Part shown: positions 38,701-47,700 of the stretch, piece by piece
Layout: each line of letters starts with the position of its first letter
Position numbering within the stretch: position 1 is the stretch's first letter
IMG/VR virus record: IMGVR_UViG_3300010354_000076
Coordinates: 3,198-67,197 of that record
From: a virus
Length of the DNA stretch: 64,000 nucleotides
Reading direction: 5' to 3' (one strand)
Notes under the pieces: model-generated
The model's database searches: none
What the model was told of the DNA's origin: nothing
The model's input: only the letters and a program-made list of their open reading frames with translations
Position numbers and translations under genes: made by a program

Positions 38701-41700
38701 AAAATCTATAAAACTTTCATTGAAGTTGTCCCATCCTTCGGAACCCCAACCTTTGGCATTCCATCCATAAGTTACTCCAAAATCAACACCGGTAATATTA
38801 ACACCACCAAAGTCAATACCTGTCATTAACTGAGCAGGATCTTTACCAATCTGTCCTGACGTAGGATTGTAGAAAAAGTTGATTCTATCAACAGCATGTA
38901 AATGATCAAAGTTTTTATTATATTCAATAGTTATAGTACTTCCTTTGATTGGTGCTTCTCTAAAAGTCAAAAGTCCTGAGTAACTAGTAAATCCCTTAGT
39001 AGTTGAAGTAACTGTGGTTAATTGGTATTCACTACGCAACATAGGTATACCGTTTACAGTTACATAAGATGTTCCGTAATTAATATCTGGGCTCCATCTT
39101 AATGGAAATTGTGTGCGAGATCCGGATACAATATCACCGCTAAAACTTTCATTTTCAGTTAACTGAGTAATTTCATACGTTCCCGATACTCGATCAAATT
39201 TTACTTTAACTAATGTAGACTTTAATAGTGGATCTCCTATTATTGCTACTGCTTTTGCTGCTACTCCAGTTGGCGACAATCCTCCTTCAAATATTACTCT
39301 AGGAGCCTTAAACCAATTTGGGCCGCCGTCTCCAATTATTTCTATTCTATTGACTTTACCTTTAGCAATGTAGGCTTTTAATTTAATTTCGTCAGACTCT
39401 TCATGCTGATTAGTTAATCTAGAATTTTCTAAAGTTACCACAGGAGCAGTTACATATCCACTACCTTGATCTACAATTTTTATCGCTAGTAATTTAAATC
39501 CTAAACGCTGAGCTACGTATTTGTCAGCGAACGATGCATCATTAATACTGCCAAAGTTTGTAAATATGTTTCCTGAATCATCAATTTCAAAATTTTTATT
39601 TTGAATTTGAAAGTTTTCATTAACTATAGGGATTAAATCAAAATCTGTTACAAAGGACCTACTTGGTTCTAAACTAGAATAATTACTTACAAATTCTCTA
39701 ATTTTTGTACGATAAGGTTTTACTTCTTTAATGTAATCTTCAAAGAATTGAAGATTATCGTTATTGTAAGTGACTTTTTGTTTTAGTTCTCCGACATTAT
39801 GTTGACTCTTAATAAAGCTTGTTTTAAATGCCCAGTCGACAAATATTTGTTCATGTAAGGCATATCGAACACCAGCAAAAAATAAATTCAAGTAATCAAC
39901 ATATAATTCATCAGTAAAGATTTTATTTTTTATTGTATTAAGAATAATTCGTAATTCGTTATCAGGGCTTCCGTCAAACGAATTAGAATCAAATAATGGA
40001 CCGTCATAACCTAAAGCGTTACTAGAGAAAACATATAAAGTTTCTAAGAATTTAATTGTACCATTTTCTCTGCCTATTACGGCATAATTATCTTCAGTAT
40101 AAAGAGGAGCATTCTTAATTTTTTTAACTAGCATCCAACCGCCAGACCCTACATTTTTAACTTTGATAATGCTGTTAATTGGAATATCTGTAGTTAATAA
40201 TTCATTAGTATTTTCAACTAGATAGTCAATTTTTGTAAACTGATTATATTGTGTTTCAATATTAGTATCTGCATCTATGTATGTAGAATACCAATCAATG
40301 TACTTCCAAAATTTACGAACATCATAACTTTGTGATTGTATTCTACTCCATAATTTAGTTTCATAATCTAAAGTATAGATACTCCACACATTATTGTTTG
40401 AAGTATCGCTAGTGACTAAGACACTGTAATTTCTAATAGTTAAAATTGTAGAATCTTGTTTGTATCCTTCGCCTGCATTAATAATGATAGTATCAACTAT
40501 TTTTCCAGTCTGGTCAATAAGAGTTTTAATTTCTGCTCCTCGACCAGCACCAGTAACATTAATGTCAGGTCCGTACCATAGTATTGGATCATTATTAATA
40601 TCTACTTGATATACTCTATTTTTGCCAAATCCTTGTCCAGGATTTAGTATATCAATCCGTTTGATTCTTCCCTTTTCTATTAAAGGAATCATACTTGGTT
40701 TTAATATACCAGTAGTAGATACAAATCTTAGTTCTTGATCGGTATCTATTTGAACGTCCCATAAACCAGTGACGTTAGTAGGTAAAGGATCAAAACTATT
40801 TAAATCTGAAATATCATAATCATCTACAATTAATTTACCTTTAAGCACAGAATTGACTCTTTCGATAAATTGTTTTAATGCTTCAATTCTATTAACAAAC
40901 ATGCTTTGTAACGGTCTAAACTCGATTCCGTATCTTTGTTTTAAAGGTAACCTTAAATCTGGAACTTGAGACCCGTTAGCATCTTTGCCTATTAAGCTTT
41001 GAAACCATTTAGTTTCAATTGCTTCAGGAATAACTGTATTTCTATTAGAGCTAAGAAGCTTCCATTGACTATGATAATTTGTTTCTTTCTTAGTTGATGT
41101 CCAAAATTGAACACTTAAAACTACATCACTAGACTCTAGATATTTTTTACAATTAATAAAACTTAAACTATTGGCACCAGTAAAGGCCAAACAACTATAT
41201 CCGTATAACTCAGGATTAGATATTAGTTGAGCAACATCGAATGCGCTGATAAAACGTCCCTCAACTCGCGGAAGCACAGTTTTATTTTTTACCCAATAAT
41301 AGTATGTTTCTTTAAAAGTTTTACTAATATTGTCATATTGTTTGTTAATACTGTATACATCATCACCGTAGCGAGTTTGACCACTTACGCCCTGTGCTAT
41401 TCCTTTTTCGGTATCTGCTAGTTTATTCCATTGGCTTGGTAATAATGTAGATTCTACCCATTCATAAACATCTATGCTAGCAAAGGGAAATAATGAATTC
41501 CAATTTCTAGCTCTATAAGATGCATCGCCGGCCTGTGATTCTACAAAACGTGCGGTGGTCAAATCCCACCACAACATTCCAACTTGAGCTTTAGTCCAAT
41601 TAGATCCATCATCAACAATAACTGTCGAAGTTCCTTTACTATAAATTGCCGGATCAAAATAAGTTTTAAATTTAATTTCTTGATCTGCTACGCCTGGAAT

Positions 41701-44700
41701 TTTACCTTGTGTTGGATCTACTACATCTAAGTAAGAAACTATAGAATTTGTTTTTCTATTATAGAGATACGCCTTTTTAATTTCTTTTACATTAGGCTTC
41801 TCAACTTGTTCGTACAAAATATTCCAACTTCTTCTGTTAACTGGTTTAACATAAGAATATACTATTCCAGCATTAATGACAACACCATCTTCTTCATTTT
41901 CAGCCGAAACTAACACACAATTATTTCCAACAGCTAACTGATTTCCGTACCCACTTTTAAACGTGCTTACATTTTCTAAGCTTTCACCGTAAATATAATT
42001 TTCATTAAATCTGTCAAAAACATCAACTCTTCCTCTATCTAATATAATATCAACTATGCTTAACGAGTCTGAATCAAAAGAAGTACTTTGGTCTTTTAAC
42101 GGACTTTGAGGATCGTTAACATAGTTAGATGTTGATGGATTTCCTACATAATCTATTATAGGGTAATTTGGTATTGTTTGAGAATAAGTGTCAAATGTTG
42201 CCTTTTGATAAATGTCTCCATTTAATGCAAAAACAACAAGACTAGAATCATCGTTCATAAATTCTAATTTATGTCCAAACTTTTCAACTTTCTCTCGCTT
42301 GGGGCTACTAATTGTTTGAATAGGATTTATACCAAAATTAGTTCCGTTAAATTTGTAAATAAAAACCTGCCCAGCATCTTGTGTTCTAGGTAAATCCATC
42401 AACGGACTACCTACTGCTAGATAACTGCCTGAAGAACTTATAGCTATACTTCCACCGAATCTCTCAGAATCACTCGGTTCATTTCTAGACAATGTTTGAA
42501 GATAGCTGTAATTAGTTCCATTGTATTTGTAAACATAAACTTCTCCAGAAATCGTGTTTACGTCAGGTGCAGAAACTACTAAGAATTGTCCGTCATTACT
42601 TAACGCAACATCAGTTCCAAATCCGGCAGCAGCATTAGATATAGTACTTTCAAGAGACCAAACATTTTCTATTGCTTGAAAAATATAAACTTTGTTTTGA
42701 ACTCCTACTGCTAGGATATAAGCATTCGGCGCTTTAGCCAATGCTATAGCTGATCCAAATTTTTCCCCCAGTGTTGGAATATTGCTTTCAATAATTTCTT
42801 CATTATTATATTCGCCAGAACTTAATGACAAATACATTTGAATTCTTCCTGTGTCATTGTTATATTCTGGATGTGCTAATGCTAGCCAACGACCGTCTCG
42901 ACTAAATTTCAAACCTGTGGCAATTTCATCAATTCTATCAGTTAATGACCAACTGATAGAATCAGTTGCTTTTTTGTAAATGTGTACACGTAAATCATCG
43001 GCTATAGCAGTAACATTTCCGTTACCTGTAATAGCTACTGCTTTACCAAAATTTATATCTGCTTGAACTATTCCTATAGCTGCTACAGTCGACACATCAG
43101 GGCCACTGTTATTAAATGTAAATGTTTTAGGTCCTGTAATTGTTACAGTAACCGAAGCAGTATTAAACGATGCGTTACTACAATTTGATATAATCACTTT
43201 ATCATATGGAGATAGTCCGTGATTAAACACTGTAGTAATTGTTGCTACATTAGATAATCTAGATACAGTTGCTATTTCTCCATGGTCTCTTGTTTCTTCT
43301 AACGTTTTAATACGAGAAGATCTATATGCCGGATTGTTTATATAAACTGCAAATTTGTTATTTTCGTTTTTGTCTGTCCATAAAAGTTCATTATTTTTTA
43401 ATAAAGAAGGAATATACTGATTGGCATTGTCAATAGTAGGACTGCGCTGACTTGTAAATTCAAATAATGATATTGTTAAAGCATCAGTAAACGACTGCCA
43501 TGCCTGAACATCTTTAATAAATTTAATTTGATTTTCGGTAACGCTAGTAATTTTAGCAAAACCTCCTAGTTTTTCACTGCCAGTAATGCCAATTATATCT
43601 CCAACCGATATGTCAGTTGTTTTGTTTAATGTTAAAGTAACCGTTTTTGTAGGATTAGCATATTCGGCATTGATAATTTTGTAAGTTGATTTACTAAATC
43701 TATATACATTCCAACTTCTTCCTTCAAAGCCACACCAGACATAATCGCCTAGTTTAAACTCAGCAATATTGAGATTTGTAATAGACGCCGAAGAATCGAG
43801 AATAAATTTTACATCATCTGCTCTTACATATCCAGCACTTCGTAAGTATTGTTCAGATTCATTAATTGGCCATACGTTTAACGAATTGTTTTTAGGCTTG
43901 ACATATATGTCCGACGGCAATTGTCTGTAGACAAAATCATTAGCATTAACATTTATAGAATTAACCAATTCTAGTGGCTGTGGTTCTATTTTAAATTCGT
44001 CTTCATTTAATACTAATTCAATTTCGTCGTAGGTATCTACTGCCCCGTATTCGCCGACACGGATCGCCCATTCTTCGTCAAAGGTTAAACTTTCTTGGTC
44101 GGCAGCGCTTAAAACATCAAATAACTTGTTAAGAACATTCTGCGTACCTTTTTCAATAATCATACCCTGATAAAACTTGTACTGACTAACATCATTTTGA
44201 ATAATGTTCTCAAGGTACTGGCGCTTTTGGTATCCTATTAGATGTTGTGCTATTTTTTGTTGGCCCGCATCAAGATTATCTGTATCTAAATCATAAAAGT
44301 CAGTAAACTGTTCAACTTTATAATCCCAGTTTGGTAACAACTGGCTAGTAGGTTTGTCTTCTAGCAGCACCCAATCATTGCTGTTAAATGTTTCTACTCC
44401 AATAAGTTTTGATTTAGCCGCATAATAAAATTCTTTATGCTTGACAATATCTCCAAGGTTATAATCTATCCAAGGTTCCCATAATTGAATCTTTGCTTGG
44501 TCGTATACGAAACCTCTTACTTCGAACCCTCCGTTCCAATTACTTGAAGTGTATCCTACAACTTTTATTCGTTCTTGATGAAATCCTGCTTCAAGATCAT
44601 AAATTGTATCATTAAACAATGTCTGATTATCTATAACAACTACGTGTTCTTTTTGTACAAGATATAAAGTTAAACCATATATTCCATAAGGTGTATTTTC

Positions 44701-47700
44701 TGGCTGAATAATGAAATCATTTTCATTTCGATATACTTGAATAAATTCTGGGTCAAGTTTTTGCCCATCTACTCTATATACATTATAACCATAAAACGAA
44801 TCCAATAAACTTTCTACAATTACCATAGAACCTTTATAGATAATTTTATCAGATGCTGGACTTAAACTGATGGCAGAACCTTCATTCCATCCTTGTGTAG
44901 ACCAAAACGCAAATTCTTTGGCACTGGTTTCCCAATTTGTAATAACTCCCAAAGCATTATTAAAATCATCGAATACAAATCCCTGTTCTTCTAAGTATGC
45001 TCCGTAGCCTAAAATAACATCTACAACATCTTGTACTGTTGATAATTTTACTCCATATGCTAGTGTATAAGCGTCAGATTTTTTAAAATTAGATTTAATT
45101 AAAATTTCTCTTCCGCCGAGGATTGGTAATTCAGCTAAACGAACAAATTTATCTTCGTCAAAATCTGAGTCACTAGTATGAGTAATTTTTGTTCTATAAT
45201 AGACATTATTATATCGTACAACTTTGCCCATTACATAAAGTTTAGAACTTTCCCATTCTACAAAACTTTCGCTAATACCGCCTACTTTAAAGACTCTATC
45301 AACTGTTCTGCCTGGATAAACAGTAAAGAATGGATTATCAAAATCATAGCCTCTAATTTCAAATCCGTCGGGATATTTTGTAACAATAATACCGCTATAT
45401 ACCACTTTCTTAATAGCACTAGAAGTGTTTAATGCTACTATATAATTTTCTTCTGGCACAAATACTCCGCCAGTCGAAGTTGGTGTTTTACTATCTAATA
45501 ATATTTTATATTTTTCTTTATTAGTATAACCGCCCAGACGATTAGTCATCTTATTGGTTAGTTTTTTAAGATCATTTTTATATTTTTTTATGCGATCAGT
45601 ATTTTTTGAAGTTAGATAATCAACTACATAGTTGATTAATCCTGCTGTATAAATTCTGTCTTCAACTTCATCTTCTGCTACTGATGGAACTTTAATATCT
45701 TCTAATCTTAAACGTTTGTACGTGTCTTTATATACTAATTGCCCTACTTTGTTTTTAATAATCCTACTTCTATCTATACAACGACCAATTGTATCATTTG
45801 GTCGCATTAATAATATTGTTTGTAATATAGCGAATGGATAGAAACTACTTTGTCTCCATGCGTATTCTACAGGAGAACAATCTCCAAATTGATAATAACC
45901 TTCGGTGAGAGGTAAAGTTCCTAACGCATACCCAGCCTGTAATGGACTTAACAAGCTGCCGTATTCGTCAACAGGAGCACCTTGAATTAATATTTCTTTA
46001 GCAAATCTTGGATTAATATAAACAGGCTGTCCTGGTTCTCTTATCGTTCCTGTTCGAATATCATCCCACATTACTAAGTTATCTCTTGTATACGGGGCAG
46101 GGCCATATGTATCTTCCCACCATAATGGTTTAATACTGAATCCTAGACATTCCCATGGTCTCATATGAGGCTGATCAGTATCTAACATCCAATAATAAAT
46201 GCCTCTCCAAAATGCCGGTATTGGTCTGTTATCAGGAGAAAATTGATCTCTATAATTAAAGCTAAAAGAATTATCTAAATCTAGAGGATACCCTTTAGTA
46301 TAATCTTGATTAATGTTTGTTGTCCACTGATAGAAAAATCTAGAAAGTATTTTGTTATACTCGTCTACTGAATAATCTGCAGAACGACTATATCCCGGAA
46401 TATGCTCATAAATATCAAATATTGTCGGATCGTATTTTACTTTTACATTATTAAAAATTCTTCTTTCAAATTCAAGTATACATTGATCTCTATAATCATC
46501 AAAGGTAAACATTGAACTTCCGTCATGTCCTCTAATTTTAGTATCGGGTATGTAAATTTCAATTAAAGAATTTTTATCTAATACTGTGTCAAATTCTATG
46601 ATAGCAGACTCTGAATCTTCAGTGATCGTGTAATCTGTGTCATACTCTTTTTGTATGCCATTAACAAAAATTTTAATTAGATAATCTTCAATTACACTAT
46701 TATACTTGTCAATACGTACTATTTTAGTTACTTCAGGTACTACATCCGGAACTCTAAATGAGATGGGATTAGCAATGTATGTGTCATCAATAAAAATTTC
46801 CGGCTCATACAATGGATACATTCCTAATTTACTAGGAGTCGGAGGAATAAAACAACCGTCAGTTGTATCATATTCATAAACTTCTAATATATCATCTTCT
46901 TGAAGAGGTCTTAATATAGTGAAGAAATTTTCTTCGTTAAAGACATAATCTCTACCATGTAATAACTGTATACCATTATGATAAATTAAAACAGATTTAT
47001 TGCTTAGACTGTTTAAGTTAAACGGTCTAGTCATTCCATATGTTTTATTATCTTCATCTAACACGATATGCTCGATTCTGTTAAAAGCAGAATAACCCAA
47101 CATATCACTTAGATAATAAGGCGTGGCTTTTGGTCTAGATTCAAACATCTGCCTTAATGCTTCATTAACCATTACCAAAGGATCAGCATCTATACCTAAA
47201 TCTGACAGCTTGTTTACGAATGAACGTTTAAATGTTCCATAATCATTTGAAGCTTTTTCTAATCCTTTGAATAAATTTGAACTTTTATCTCCTAGATGGT
47301 ACAAAGATAAATTTACAGGACCTACATGCTGAATAAATCTTCTTCCATATTTTGAAATATTACCTAAGTCTCTCAAGTTACCATTGCCTGGATATTCGCC
47401 GGTGAAATTAGGTAACAGTCTTGTAATCATGTCAACATGATTAATAACTTCTCCTAAGGTAAATTGTCCTATATTGTTGTTTAGAGGATTGTTTTCAAGA
47501 TTTATAGGTAACTTGTAAAATCCTTTTTTATTTTTTGGCCAATCAGCTGTTGTCTCTATTGTAACTACTGTTTCAAGATCTGTAATATCCTGTGTTAATA
47601 CAACTTTTCTATAATTAATATCTTGTACAATTGTGTACTTTGACGGATGTAATCTAACTCCATTAAGGTAAACATTCACTATTAAATCAATGTCTAATGG